Part shown: piece after piece, positions 19,373 through 29,375 of the stretch
Layout: the number at the start of each line of letters is the position of its first letter
How positions within the stretch are numbered: position 1 is the stretch's first letter
DNA from: an uncultured delta proteobacterium
GTDB lineage: Bacteria > Desulfobacterota > Binatia > UBA9968
DNA length: 64,000 nt
Assembly (NCBI GenBank): GCA_963816145.1
Contig: CAWFJP010000030.1
Span: 64,001-128,000 of the forward strand
Direction of reading: 5' to 3'
Program-made: the position numbers and the translations under genes
The notes under the pieces: generated by a model
Database searches by the model: none
Told to the model about the DNA's origin: nothing
Seen by the model: only the letters and a program-made list of their open reading frames with translations

Positions 19373-20467
19373 ATGAATGCCGCTCAAGTCCGGTTGGAAA
19401 ACATCGGCAAGCGCTACGGCGAACAATGGGTCGTGCGCGGCGTCAACCTGCACATCCAAGCGGGGGATTTCTTCACCTTTTTAGGCCCCAGCGGCTGCGG
19501 CAAGACCACCTTGCTACGCATGATCGCCGGCTTTGCGATTCCGGATGAGGGATCGATTCGCCTAGATGACCGGGAGGTCAGCCGAATGCCGCCCTGGCAG
19601 CGCGACATCGGCATGGTGTTTCAGAACTACGCTCTGTGGCCGCATCTGACGGTCTTTGAAAATGTCGCCTTCGGCCTGCGCGAGCGCAAGATTCCGCGCG
19701 ATGTGGTTAGCAAGCGGGTAAACCAAGCACTGGAAATGGTCGACCTCAAGGGCCGCGAGTCGCGCCGTCCGTCCCAACTCTCCGGCGGGCAGCAGCAGCG
19801 CGTCGCTCTGGCGCGCACCCTGGTCATCCAGCCAAGGGTTCTGCTGCTCGATGAACCGCTCAGCAATCTCGATGCCAAGCTGCGCGTCGAAATGCGGCTG
19901 GAACTGTTGAAGCTGCAACGCGATCTCGGCCTAACCACAATTTACGTCACTCACGATCAGGAAGAAGCTCTGGCAATGTCGACCAGAATTGCCGTGATGA
20001 ATCTCGGCCAAGTCGTCCAAGTCGACCCGCCGCGCGTGATCTACGAGCAGCCGATCGATAATTTCGTCGCAGCCTTTGTCGGCCAAGCCAACTTACTCGA
20101 GGGAAGCATTCACTCACGCACCGAAACCAGGCTCATGATCGACATCGGTGATGGCAACGTCATAGAGGTTAGCGATGGTGACACTTTTCGCACCGGCGAC
20201 CACGTGTGGCTCAGCCTGCGGCCAGAAGCGATCGAGCTGGTGCCACCTGGCGCCGACAAACCTTCCGACAACAATCTCAATGGCGTCGTTGCCGCCGCGG
20301 CATACCAAGGCGCATTCGTGGAATACGAAATTGCCGCAGCGGGAATTACCCTCAAAGCCCGCGTCGCTCACTCAAAAGGGAAAACACTTTACCAACGAGG
20401 TGATGCGGTTAAGCTGACAATTGCCCCAGAGAAAATCAATTGTCTGACACGTCCCGGCGGCGATTAG
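19373..20467 (+). CDS. ABC ATP-binding protein (FbpC/PotA-like, TOBE tail)
   Basis: GPSGCGKT, LSGGQQQR, LLLDEP, VTHDQEEA. Confidence 0.93.
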   Translation: MNAAQVRLENIGKRYGEQWVVRGVNLHIQAGDFFTFLGPSGCGKTTLLRMIAGFAIPDEGSIRLDDREVSRMPPWQRDIGMVFQNYALWPHLTVFENVAFGLRERKIPRDVVSKRVNQALEMVDLKGRESRRPSQLSGGQQQRVALARTLVIQPRVLLLDEPLSNLDAKLRVEMRLELLKLQRDLGLTTIYVTHDQEEALAMSTRIAVMNLGQVVQVDPPRVIYEQPIDNFVAAFVGQANLLEGSIHSRTETRLMIDIGDGNVIEVSDGDTFRTGDHVWLSLRPEAIELVPPGADKPSDNNLNGVVAAAAYQGAFVEYEIAAAGITLKARVAHSKGKTLYQRGDAVKLTIAPEKINCLTRPGGD

Positions 20468-20559
20468 CGAAGGATATTTGACGAAATCGAATATTATCAA
20501 ATGCGTTTGCCACACACGCTTTGCGAGTGCGATGGAGCGCCGGACGAATGAACTTGGGG

Positions 20560-21681
20560 TTAACCATATCTTCGCTGCTCGACGATCACGGGGGCAGCAA
20601 GAACAGCTTGTGCCGGAAAACTCATGAGTACGCGGGTCCCGGAGCCAGACTTGCTGGTAATGCTTAGTTTGCCGCCGACAAGGTCGGCCATACGGCGCGC
20701 CACCGTGAGACCGATGCCCAAGCCCGAAAACGCCCGCTGCGGCGAATTGTCCGCCTGATGGAACGGCTCGAAGATCGTGTCGATCTTGTTCTGCTCGATA
20801 CCGACTCCGGTATCGATGACTTCAAAATCTATTTGGGTACGGTCCATTGACGCGCTGACTTTGACCGCAATTTCGCCCGCAGAGGTGAACTTGACCGCGT
20901 TATTGAAAATGTTCTGAAACACCCGTTCGACCTTGGCGCGGTCGTTGATCATCGACAAATCGCCGTCGGCAAATTGAACGTTGAGTTGCAATCCTTTATC
21001 TCGGATCATGTTCTCGTGCCGTTTTACCGAATCATTGACGATCTCGCGGGCATCGAACTTCTCCACGTTAGCGCTGCTGTCACCGGCATTGAGCGACGTC
21101 ATCCACAACACATTATCGATCAACTCTAGCAGCTCTTCCGAATTGCGGTAGACAGTTTCAAGAACTTTCTGCTGCTCGTCGCTGAGCTTACCGATGACCT
21201 GGTTGAGGAGTAGATAGACAAAACCGACGACCACGCTGAGCGGCGTGCGCAGTTCATGGGAAACGTTGGAGAGAAAGTCGGACTTGACCTGGCGCAGCCT
21301 GGCCTTTGCAGTGCGTCGCTCCAAGCCGCGCCGGACCAAGGAAAGGATATGATTCACGTCGAAGGGCTTGGAGATGTAATCGAACGCGCCTAGGCGTAAT
21401 CCCTCGATAGCCGTGTCGAGCGATCCATAGCCGGTGATAATAATTGCCTCGATATCAGGATCGTGGGCTTTGACCTTCTCCAACACATTGATACCGCTCA
21501 AACCCGGCATCTTAAGATCCAAAGTCACTAGGTCCACGGGATACTGCTTGAGCATCTCGATCGCTTGCGCGCCCCGGTCGGCGACTAGCACATTGTAATA
21601 CGGGTTGAGAATCATCTTGAGCGATTCTCGCGGTCCCATCTCGTCATCGACTACCAGAATGTTCGGTTTGCTAGCATCCAT
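20560..21681 (-). CDS. Hybrid receiver-histidine kinase (REC-HisKA-HATPase)
   Basis: [39 protein letters not shown]. Confidence 0.92.
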   Translation of the reverse strand: MDASKPNILVVDDEMGPRESLKMILNPYYNVLVADRGAQAIEMLKQYPVDLVTLDLKMPGLSGINVLEKVKAHDPDIEAIIITGYGSLDTAIEGLRLGAFDYISKPFDVNHILSLVRRGLERRTAKARLRQVKSDFLSNVSHELRTPLSVVVGFVYLLLNQVIGKLSDEQQKVLETVYRNSEELLELIDNVLWMTSLNAGDSSANVEKFDAREIVNDSVKRHENMIRDKGLQLNVQFADGDLSMINDRAKVERVFQNIFNNAVKFTSAGEIAVKVSASMDRTQIDFEVIDTGVGIEQNKIDTIFEPFHQADNSPQRAFSGLGIGLTVARRMADLVGGKLSITSKSGSGTRVLMSFPAQAVLAAPVIVEQRRYG

Positions 21682-21696
21682 GCCGTTGCTAATTCA

Positions 21697-21711
21697 GCAA
21701 GGCGCATGCCA
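21697..21711 (-). promoter_or_regulatory. sigma54 -24/-12 promoter
   Basis: TGGCAT-GCGCC-TTGC(T) just upstream of the hybrid kinase and downstream of an NtrC-family gene. Confidence 0.75.
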
Positions 21712-21801
21712 CCGGGGAGATTAGGTAACGGCTTGAATTTAGATGGAATTTTTCAGCAAGGAAGGAGTGTTAAGGAAGCTGCGGGCAACAAAAATGTCCA
21801 A

Positions 21802-23211
21802 CTAGGACGATAATTTCACCTCTTCCTCATCGTCATCGTTGGGATTGTTAATCTTGAGTTTTTCGATCCGGTATTTGAGGATGCGCCGGCTGGTGTTGAG
21901 TATCATCGCCGCCTTGGTCTGGTTGAAGCCGGTGCGCTGCAGGGCCTTGACGATCAACTCGCGCTCGAACTCGTCGACGGCGTCGCTCAGCGGCCGCGAC
22001 CCGCTCAACACATCCTCTTTGAGCGTCGCGGTTTGATCCGTCGAGCGCATGCTCGGCGGCAAATCGCGCAGCGTGACGGTTTCCTGCGGTGTCAATATCG
22101 TCAAGCGCTCGATTAAATTTTCCAGCTCGCGAACATTACCAGGCCAAGGGTAAGACATGAAGAAATCCACGACTTCGGGCGACAGGGTTTTCATGGCGAT
22201 GGAATGTTCCTGGGCTTTCAGGCGCAAGAAATGGTCGAGCAATAATGCGATATCTTCACGGCGCTCGCGCAGCGGCGGCAGAAATAAAGCAACGACATTC
22301 AACCGGTAAAAGAGATCCGGCCGGAACTCGCCGTTCTTGGCCATCTGCTCCAGATCGCGATTGCTCGCGGCGACAATGCGCACGTCCACTTTGATTTCGT
22401 CCGTGCCACCGAGACGACTGAAGGTCTCTTGTTCGATGGCGCGCAGGAATTTCGCCTGGACGCCGAGATCGAGTTCGCCGATCTCATCGAGAAAAAATGT
22501 TCCGCCGTGGGCGAGTTCGAAACGGCCGATCTTTTTCTGCGACGCGTTGGTGAAGGCACCACGCTCATATCCGAACAACTCACTTTCCATCAAGTTTTCC
22601 GGCAAGGCCGCGCAATTGACAACCACAAAAGGTTTGGAGCGCCGGTCGCTATTGTAATGAATCGCCCTGGCGATGAGCTCCTTGCCGGTGCCGCTTTCGC
22701 CAGTAATCAACACCGTGCTTTTTTTCGCCGCCACCATGCTCACTGCCTTGAAGACATCGGTGATTTGCTTGGACTTGCCGACGATGAAGTCAATGCCGTA
22801 TTTGCGGCCGACTTCCTCCTTCAAGGTTTCTAACTCGCGCGACAATTGCACTTTTTCAAGCGCATGCTCGACGCGCAGACGAAGCTCGTCCACGTCGAAG
22901 GGCTTAGTCACATAATCGAAAGCGCCGGTTCCCTTGGCGGTAAAAGCCGTCCTGGCGGTATTGATACCGGTCAGCATAATCACCTGGCAATCGGGATGGA
23001 TGGATTTGATCTGCTTGAGCACACCGAGGCCATCGGCGCCGGGCATCATGATATCCAGCAGCACCGCATCAGGCTTATCCTCGCTAACCTTTTGAAGCGC
23101 TTCGTCGGCTGACGCGGCTTCCAAGACACGGTAAGTCTTGTTGAAGACCATTTGCAACGATTGGCGAACTCCCGCTTCGTCGTCCACCACCAATAATAAG
23201 GGCTGGCTCAT
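21802..23211 (-). CDS. sigma54-dependent response regulator (NtrC/AtoC family)
   Basis: REC (LLDIMMP), GESGTGKE, ESELFG..GAFTNA, FFLDEIG, WPGNVREL, C-terminal Fis-type HTH. Confidence 0.95.
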   Translation of the reverse strand: MSQPLLLVVDDEAGVRQSLQMVFNKTYRVLEAASADEALQKVSEDKPDAVLLDIMMPGADGLGVLKQIKSIHPDCQVIMLTGINTARTAFTAKGTGAFDYVTKPFDVDELRLRVEHALEKVQLSRELETLKEEVGRKYGIDFIVGKSKQITDVFKAVSMVAAKKSTVLITGESGTGKELIARAIHYNSDRRSKPFVVVNCAALPENLMESELFGYERGAFTNASQKKIGRFELAHGGTFFLDEIGELDLGVQAKFLRAIEQETFSRLGGTDEIKVDVRIVAASNRDLEQMAKNGEFRPDLFYRLNVVALFLPPLRERREDIALLLDHFLRLKAQEHSIAMKTLSPEVVDFFMSYPWPGNVRELENLIERLTILTPQETVTLRDLPPSMRSTDQTATLKEDVLSGSRPLSDAVDEFERELIVKALQRTGFNQTKAAMILNTSRRILKYRIEKLKINNPNDDDEEEVKLSS

Positions 23212-23212
23212 G

Positions 23213-25096
23213 TCAGTTTTCTTTTCCGTGCTCAACAATCGGGAACTCCATTCTTACAATGTCTTTTTCCGCGTCGGATCGATCCGCGATAAAGCGTCCG
23301 CCATTTTTTTCCACCAGTTGTTTGGCCAACAGCACACGTAGCGGCAGGAGCCCCTCCTCGGGTTGTGAACCGCTATTGCCCAGGTAATGGGAAACCGATC
23401 CCATGCGGGCCCCTTCACGGAGAGACGTGATCGCCAGGACGCCCGGTTGGCTAACGTCGATTTCAATCTCGCTGCCCGTCTTGGCTTCCGCCGTGACTGC
23501 CAAAAGCACGTTTTTGAGTATATAAATCAAATGCTTCTCGTCCGAGCGTATCCGCTCGGCCCGGCCGTTTTTCTTCCAATCGAAGCGAGTTTGCCGCTTG
23601 CTGCATTGGGAACTAATTTCGCCGAGCACGTCTCTGGTTTTTTCCTCGAGCGCAATCGCGCTTTGGCGCGGCTCAGTGAAGTCGGCGAACTCGATCATCA
23701 CTTCCAATAAATCGTCCATCCGTTCGATATCGCCGCCGACCACCTCTTGGAAGCGCGAGCGAAAGTTTTCATCCTGATAACGCTCGCCGAGTAGCTGCGC
23801 GAACGTCTTGATCGTAACCATCGGATTCTTGAACTCATGGGCGAGTTCATGAATCACCAGGTTTAAGTCAACCGATTTGGCATGGCCATTTGATTGCGCC
23901 ACAAGTGCCGGGCGCGAGCCGCCAACATCACTATCAGCACCTGCTGGCGGCACAAACTCGACTAATTCGCTGGCATCGATCGCCTGAATTTCACCACCAA
24001 AATCGAACACCAAATCAGCGGCATCGATCTGGTCCTTAGAACGTAGGGCCATCGTCCGCGCTACGACCGTTTCCAACTCACGCAGATTGCCGAACCATAG
24101 GTACTTGGACAACCGCTCATGGGCCGCCGGTGAAAACGTCGGTTCCCGCACCCCCAATGATCGCGCTAACCGTCGGGCAAAGCTCTGGGCTAATGCCGGG
24201 ATATCCGTCGCGCGCTCGCGTAACGGCGACAAATGCAGCGATAGAACCGCCAATTGGTAATAGAGCCCTTCGGGAAACTCACCACGATAGACCCGCGCCA
24301 ATAGGTCGGCGTTTGCCGTGCTCAGCAAGCGCAGTTCGGTATGCTGTTGGGCCTCGGCGATATACTCCGCCAGCCGCGTCTGCGCCGCGGCTTCACACCG
24401 GTCGAGATTCTCGACGAGCAGTGTGATCGGAGTCAGGTTCGCTGACACGGTCGACCAGAGTTCCTTACGTTTCTCCGCCAGGTAATCCACGTCTATGACC
24501 GCGGCGTTGACCGCGACACAGATGCCGCCTTGCTGCCGATGAATCACCGACGCGACTTGAAGCTGGCCGCAGCCCAGTTCGCCATGAATTAGCAAAGGCA
24601 ATTGGGTCGCCGCAAACCGCTGCACAAGACTTGCCGCGCTACGGCTTAAGAAAGGAAACTCGAGGTAGCGCGAGTCATCTTCGCGCTTGGCCGGCTCCAA
24701 CCATCCCTGCCGTGCGGGAACTCGTTTGCCCCGCGTCAGCAGCTGACCGACTCTTTCCTGCAGCTCGTAGGGATTGAACGGCTTGGTCAAGCATTCTACA
24801 GAATCTGAACTCTCGATCACCCTTGCCGTTGATTTCGACTCGACGAGAAACAGCACCGCAAACGGCAGCCGGCTCGCCAACTGCACTAATCTTCCGGTTT
24901 CCAAACCATCGTATGGCGAAACGCCAAGAATTAACAGGTCGACATCTTCAGAGGCATCGGCCGGTGGCAACCCCTTGGTCCCAAGTGAGCGCTTTGAGAC
25001 TGCGAACTCCCTACTTAGAATCAGAGCCAGTGTTTCCCTGACAACTTCGGATTCATCAATGACTAAGATTCGCTTCATTATCGTGCGCACGGCCAT
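23213..25096 (-). CDS. Degenerate REC + degenerate sigma54 AAA+ + HisKA + degenerate HATPase fusion
   Basis: VDLLILGV (no Asp), GELGCGQ (no Walker A Lys), no GAFTGA, WFGNLREL, LAHEFKNPM, no G-boxes. Confidence 0.8.
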   Translation of the reverse strand: MAVRTIMKRILVIDESEVVRETLALILSREFAVSKRSLGTKGLPPADASEDVDLLILGVSPYDGLETGRLVQLASRLPFAVLFLVESKSTARVIESSDSVECLTKPFNPYELQERVGQLLTRGKRVPARQGWLEPAKREDDSRYLEFPFLSRSAASLVQRFAATQLPLLIHGELGCGQLQVASVIHRQQGGICVAVNAAVIDVDYLAEKRKELWSTVSANLTPITLLVENLDRCEAAAQTRLAEYIAEAQQHTELRLLSTANADLLARVYRGEFPEGLYYQLAVLSLHLSPLRERATDIPALAQSFARRLARSLGVREPTFSPAAHERLSKYLWFGNLRELETVVARTMALRSKDQIDAADLVFDFGGEIQAIDASELVEFVPPAGADSDVGGSRPALVAQSNGHAKSVDLNLVIHELAHEFKNPMVTIKTFAQLLGERYQDENFRSRFQEVVGGDIERMDDLLEVMIEFADFTEPRQSAIALEEKTRDVLGEISSQCSKRQTRFDWKKNGRAERIRSDEKHLIYILKNVLLAVTAEAKTGSEIEIDVSQPGVLAITSLREGARMGSVSHYLGNSGSQPEEGLLPLRVLLAKQLVEKNGGRFIADRSDAEKDIVRMEFPIVEHGKEN

Positions 25097-26568
25097 TCGC
25101 TATCGGGCGTATCGGTGCGCCGATGGGCACTTGGACAAAGAATGAAGTTCCTTGCCCCACCGTACTTTCAACCGTGACATAACCGCCATGTTCCTGGACG
25201 ATCTGATGCGATACCGCGAGACCCAATCCGCTCCCCTCATCCTTGCTGGTGAAGAACGGGTCAAAAATATGCTCCAAATTTTCCGGCGGGATTCCGATAC
25301 CGTTATCGCGCACCTCAACTTGAACATACTCTTTAACCAGGTCAGCATTATTTCTGGCAGCGAGACGGGTAGAAATCGATATTGTGCCACCATCTTTCAT
25401 GGCCTGGATTGAGTTCAGAATGAGGTTCATAAATACCTGCTTCATCTGTTCTTTGTCAATCCACACCTTGGGCAGACTTGCGTCAAAATCCCGCTTTATC
25501 TCCACGTTCTTGTCCTTCGCCTGGGCCTCCAAGATTCGCGCGATATTATCAACCACATCGCTGATGTTTTCGGGAGCAACATTGGGCTTAGACGGGCGTG
25601 CGAAGCTCAAAAGGTCGTTAATCAACCCGCAAATCCGGTCAACTTCCTTCAGCGCGAGTCCCTGAAAACCATTGCGAAACTCGGCATCGTCGTAACGCTC
25701 CGGCAAAAGCTGCGTAAACGTGCGAATCGCCACCAAAGGATTGCGAATCTCATGGGCAAGACCTGCCGTGAGTAGACCTAAAGAAGACATCCGATCGGCG
25801 CGCCTCAAGGTCACTTGCGATTGTTTGAGTTCCTGCTCCCGCCTGAACAAACGATCTGCCATCTGATCGAAGGCCTTGGCCAAGCTACCGATCTCGTCAT
25901 CACGGTTGATAGAAACCCGATGTTGTAAATCACCGTCCTCAATACGTTTAGCAGCCAACGTGAGCCGCTCAATAGGCTTTGGTCATTCTTTCTGCAATCA
26001 GATAGATAATCGCCAACCCCGCTAGAAATATGATGGAGGCAACGGCAACGGCCGTAAAAGTAACATTTCTGATATCGTTGAGTATCGGATCGAGATCAAA
26101 GCCTAGGCGGATCCCTCCAAGCTTATCGTTGCCCAGTCTGACTGGTTTGGATATGTCTAGAATTCGTTTGTCATAATCCAAGTCTACCTTGGTTGTCTCG
26201 TTGGACTTGATAATTTGCTCCCCCAGCTCGTCGGTGAATGTAGCAAATAACATCCTTTGATCAGGATGATAGTCACCGACAATTCGCCCATCCTTATCGA
26301 ATATATATGCGTAAGCCACGTTCGGAAGCGCCTTTGCCTCAGAGGCGATCGTTTCAAGCCGGTAAGTATCAAGTTTATACAGCGCCCCGCTTACACTCAG
26401 CTCCATCAAACTGATGCCAACCTTAGCCCTTTCGCCCATTTGCGCTAAGAGCAGGTTTCGCTGGGAACGAATCGTGAGAACGGTGAGCGCACCGACCGCG
26501 GCGAAATAAAAGAGCCCGGCAGCAAGAAAAACCTTGCGTTTGAGACTGAGTTTAATCTCCAAGCTCAT
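25056..26568 (-). CDS. Membrane HAMP sensor histidine kinase, split by a +1 frameshift near 25979
   Basis: Removing one A from ACCAAAGCC joins both ORFs as [23 protein letters not shown] (HAMP); [20 protein letters not shown]. Confidence 0.85.
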
Positions 26569-26667
26569 TGGTGAACAAGAATATCGGTGAGCTTAGCGGG
26601 GTTCCGCAGGGCTTAATCGACGAGACCAAGAGATAACGGTGACGCCCAATAATGTTAGGCGGCGCTG

Positions 26668-27591
26668 TTACCACAGATCAACTTCTTTACCAAGGTTTGA
26701 GAAGACATACTTTTCAACCTGTTTTAGTTGCTCCAATGAACCTGTTGGGACCTCGTCGAACTTTGTTGTGTTTTGAGATCTCTTGAGTACCCCCTGCCCT
26801 TCAGGATCTTTGTCCATGGTCAACAGGACTTCTTTAATTTCCTTTAAGAGTTTAGGATCAATGTCCCGTCGAAACGACACAAGATTCCTCGGCACCGCAA
26901 TGGTCGAGTCGAGAATTCGCAAACTCTCGCGAATTTCCGGCTTTAGACGGTCAAATTCCCTGTGGATTGTCGTCGCCGCATCGGCACGTCCAGTAATCAG
27001 AACATTCACCGCATTGCCATCGCTACCATAACTATAGCCTATCGTATCTGGTCGGACCGTTGTTCCGGGACTTTGAATATGCATTAATTTCAGTTTCTTT
27101 GCTTCGAGAAGCATTCGGGGAAGAACAGTAGCAGATGTTGAATGGGGCTCCTCGAATGCAATCACCTTTCCCATTAGGTCTGCAAGTGAATTGATCCCAC
27201 TGGCTTTCTTAACGACGATTAGACCCTTATAATCGGCCTCTCCATACTTCCACTGCCGCAAGAGAGGCAGCGCTCCCGCACGCTTCGCAAGTACCAATGT
27301 CGGTACGACACTATCATGGAATAGATCCACCTGTCCGTCGCGGAGCGCCTGTGCGAGAAGATGCAGTTTTTCGACTACAATTATCTTGCCTCCCGTGATA
27401 CCGAGCGGCGCTAGCTTCTTCGCCAAATAGTCAACAAATTCTTGGCGGTCCCGAATCGCTCTCACGGGATCATCGAAAACTCGCCCGAAAAATAACGGCT
27501 TCGCGTCACCGGCGAATAGTGGCGAACACCATGTAATTTGTGTTAGTGACAGCAACAACGCCAAACCGACAGAACGTTTTATCTTTTTCAC
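26668..27591 (-). CDS. PhnD-like phosphate/phosphonate-binding periplasmic protein (orphan)
   Basis: YKGLIVVKKASGINSLADLMGKVIAF..STSA..P, GRADAA; no permease or ATPase nearby. Confidence 0.8.
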   Translation of the reverse strand: MKKIKRSVGLALLLSLTQITWCSPLFAGDAKPLFFGRVFDDPVRAIRDRQEFVDYLAKKLAPLGITGGKIIVVEKLHLLAQALRDGQVDLFHDSVVPTLVLAKRAGALPLLRQWKYGEADYKGLIVVKKASGINSLADLMGKVIAFEEPHSTSATVLPRMLLEAKKLKLMHIQSPGTTVRPDTIGYSYGSDGNAVNVLITGRADAATTIHREFDRLKPEIRESLRILDSTIAVPRNLVSFRRDIDPKLLKEIKEVLLTMDKDPEGQGVLKRSQNTTKFDEVPTGSLEQLKQVEKYVFSNLGKEVDLW

Positions 27592-28148
27592 GATAAACTC
27601 CTTTTCTGACTGGCATCGAATGAGTATTGATTACAAGGGCATTGACTACACCAATTAATTAAAGCCCGATCCAACCACCACGGCGCGGACAAAAAATTCA
27701 CCACCCCCGGTTTTGAAACGACATTCTGCCTACGGTCCACTTAGCAAAAGCAATGGCTATTATAGGCTATCTAATCAGAATTGGCAAAAATTTAGACAGA
27801 TTCGCAATTTAGAGGGCGATTCCTCGATATTGTATCCGACCCACCTCGGCGGTCACCCAAAACCGTGGCCGGCGTAACACTGGACGCTTCTGGGGCGCAG
27901 AAAACGAGGCTTAACTGCCGTTATGATTGCTGTGAAGTGGCAGAGGTTATCCGGAATGAGAAGTAGATATGAATTGGAACGCCAACTCCCCAGACTGGCT
28001 CTGATTTCTAGGTCTTTGGAGCGTACAAAAGGAGCGATGGAACCAAATCAGAGTCCATCATAAGCAATCGGTGAAAGTTGCACCTGCGTCCGCTATCATT
28101 CGGCGTCCCGAATCAGAGCAAAGTCTTGAGATGGGCAACCCTATACGC

Positions 28149-29345
28149 CTACCGCGGAACCACCGTAGTCGTCCCGCTGTATGAAAGGATTGGGTCAGCA
28201 CGTTTCACTTCGGATTTGGACAACCGAAGGCAAGTTAGGACGGAAAGTAAAGTTAGGAGAGCCGCGAAATAGTATGCCGAACTGAACCCGAACGATTCGG
28301 CTAAAACACCCGAAACGAACACGCCGACGGGTTTGAAAATATTGCTGAGAGTCGTATACGTAGCCAGGTCTAAGGACGTTTTTTCCTCGCTGGCAAATTC
28401 CAACATCAAGTGATTGAAATAAACCATCGCCACACTAAATAAAATCATGTAGACGAAAACCCACGACAACAAGAAGAAAACGGATGTCGCGAACGACAAA
28501 GCGAGGCTCACTGGAATAAGCACCAAGCCACTAAACACAATAATCTTTCTGGGCTCCCATCCCAAGTTTACGAATTTCGAGAAAAACGTAACGATAACCC
28601 CCTGAACGACATATTCGGCCATTAGTACGGTACCCACAAATGCGGGAGCTGCCCCAATCATTTTCGTCAAGTAAACTGGCAGGACAACAACACCCCAGGC
28701 GTCGAGCGCTCCGTTTAGCAACCCAAATCCAAATCCCAGGGTTTTGATGCGCTCGTCCACGCCCCGCCATATTTTGAGCACTGGCAACTTAACCTGTTCA
28801 TGTAGATCAGGTAGAAAGCGCCAGGCTACAAGCGTTGAGAATCCGGTAAGTACCGCAAAGACGGCTAGCGTGTTTTCGATTGTGAGATATGCAATAAGCA
28901 GCCCGCCGCCGATCATCCCAACGCCCTTCGAAGCCTCTTTTAACCCTAGCATCATGTTGATGAGATGCCGTTGATTTCCCTTAGGTGAGAAATGCTTGAC
29001 GTATACGGCACTCATATCGGCCATGTATAGAAGGCCGCGAACAAACCTCTCAACGTAGATCAAGACCGGAATTGGCACCATGTACAAGAACGAAATCGCA
29101 CTGTGAATCGCCAAACCCGTAAGGAAGGTTTTTTTGTAACCCCAGCGATTCAACAACATTCCGATACCAAGTGGCGCGAAGATTTCGGCAAACTTGAACA
29201 AGAAGAAAAGAAAGGCAATCTCAGAAATCGACATCCCCGTAGCAGCGAAATACACGGGCACAACAACTCGAAGAGCTCCGTTAGTTAGCGCTTGGCTCCA
29301 ATAACCAAGTCCAACTATACCGATTGTTCGCTTATAGCTTGCCAT
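28149..29345 (-). CDS. MFS transporter
   Basis: 398 aa, about 12 hydrophobic segments, motif-A-like GMLLNRWGYKK. Confidence 0.8.
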   Translation of the reverse strand: MASYKRTIGIVGLGYWSQALTNGALRVVVPVYFAATGMSISEIAFLFFLFKFAEIFAPLGIGMLLNRWGYKKTFLTGLAIHSAISFLYMVPIPVLIYVERFVRGLLYMADMSAVYVKHFSPKGNQRHLINMMLGLKEASKGVGMIGGGLLIAYLTIENTLAVFAVLTGFSTLVAWRFLPDLHEQVKLPVLKIWRGVDERIKTLGFGFGLLNGALDAWGVVVLPVYLTKMIGAAPAFVGTVLMAEYVVQGVIVTFFSKFVNLGWEPRKIIVFSGLVLIPVSLALSFATSVFFLLSWVFVYMILFSVAMVYFNHLMLEFASEEKTSLDLATYTTLSNIFKPVGVFVSGVLAESFGFSSAYYFAALLTLLSVLTCLRLSKSEVKRADPILSYSGTTTVVPR

Positions 29346-29375
29346 GATTTGGCAAAAGGGATTGGCTCTTGGTTT

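Noticed and set aside
25969-25981. Programmed frameshift or TGA (Sec) readthrough in the kinase
   Set aside because: The downstream part is in another frame, there is no canonical slippery heptamer, and one extra A explains it
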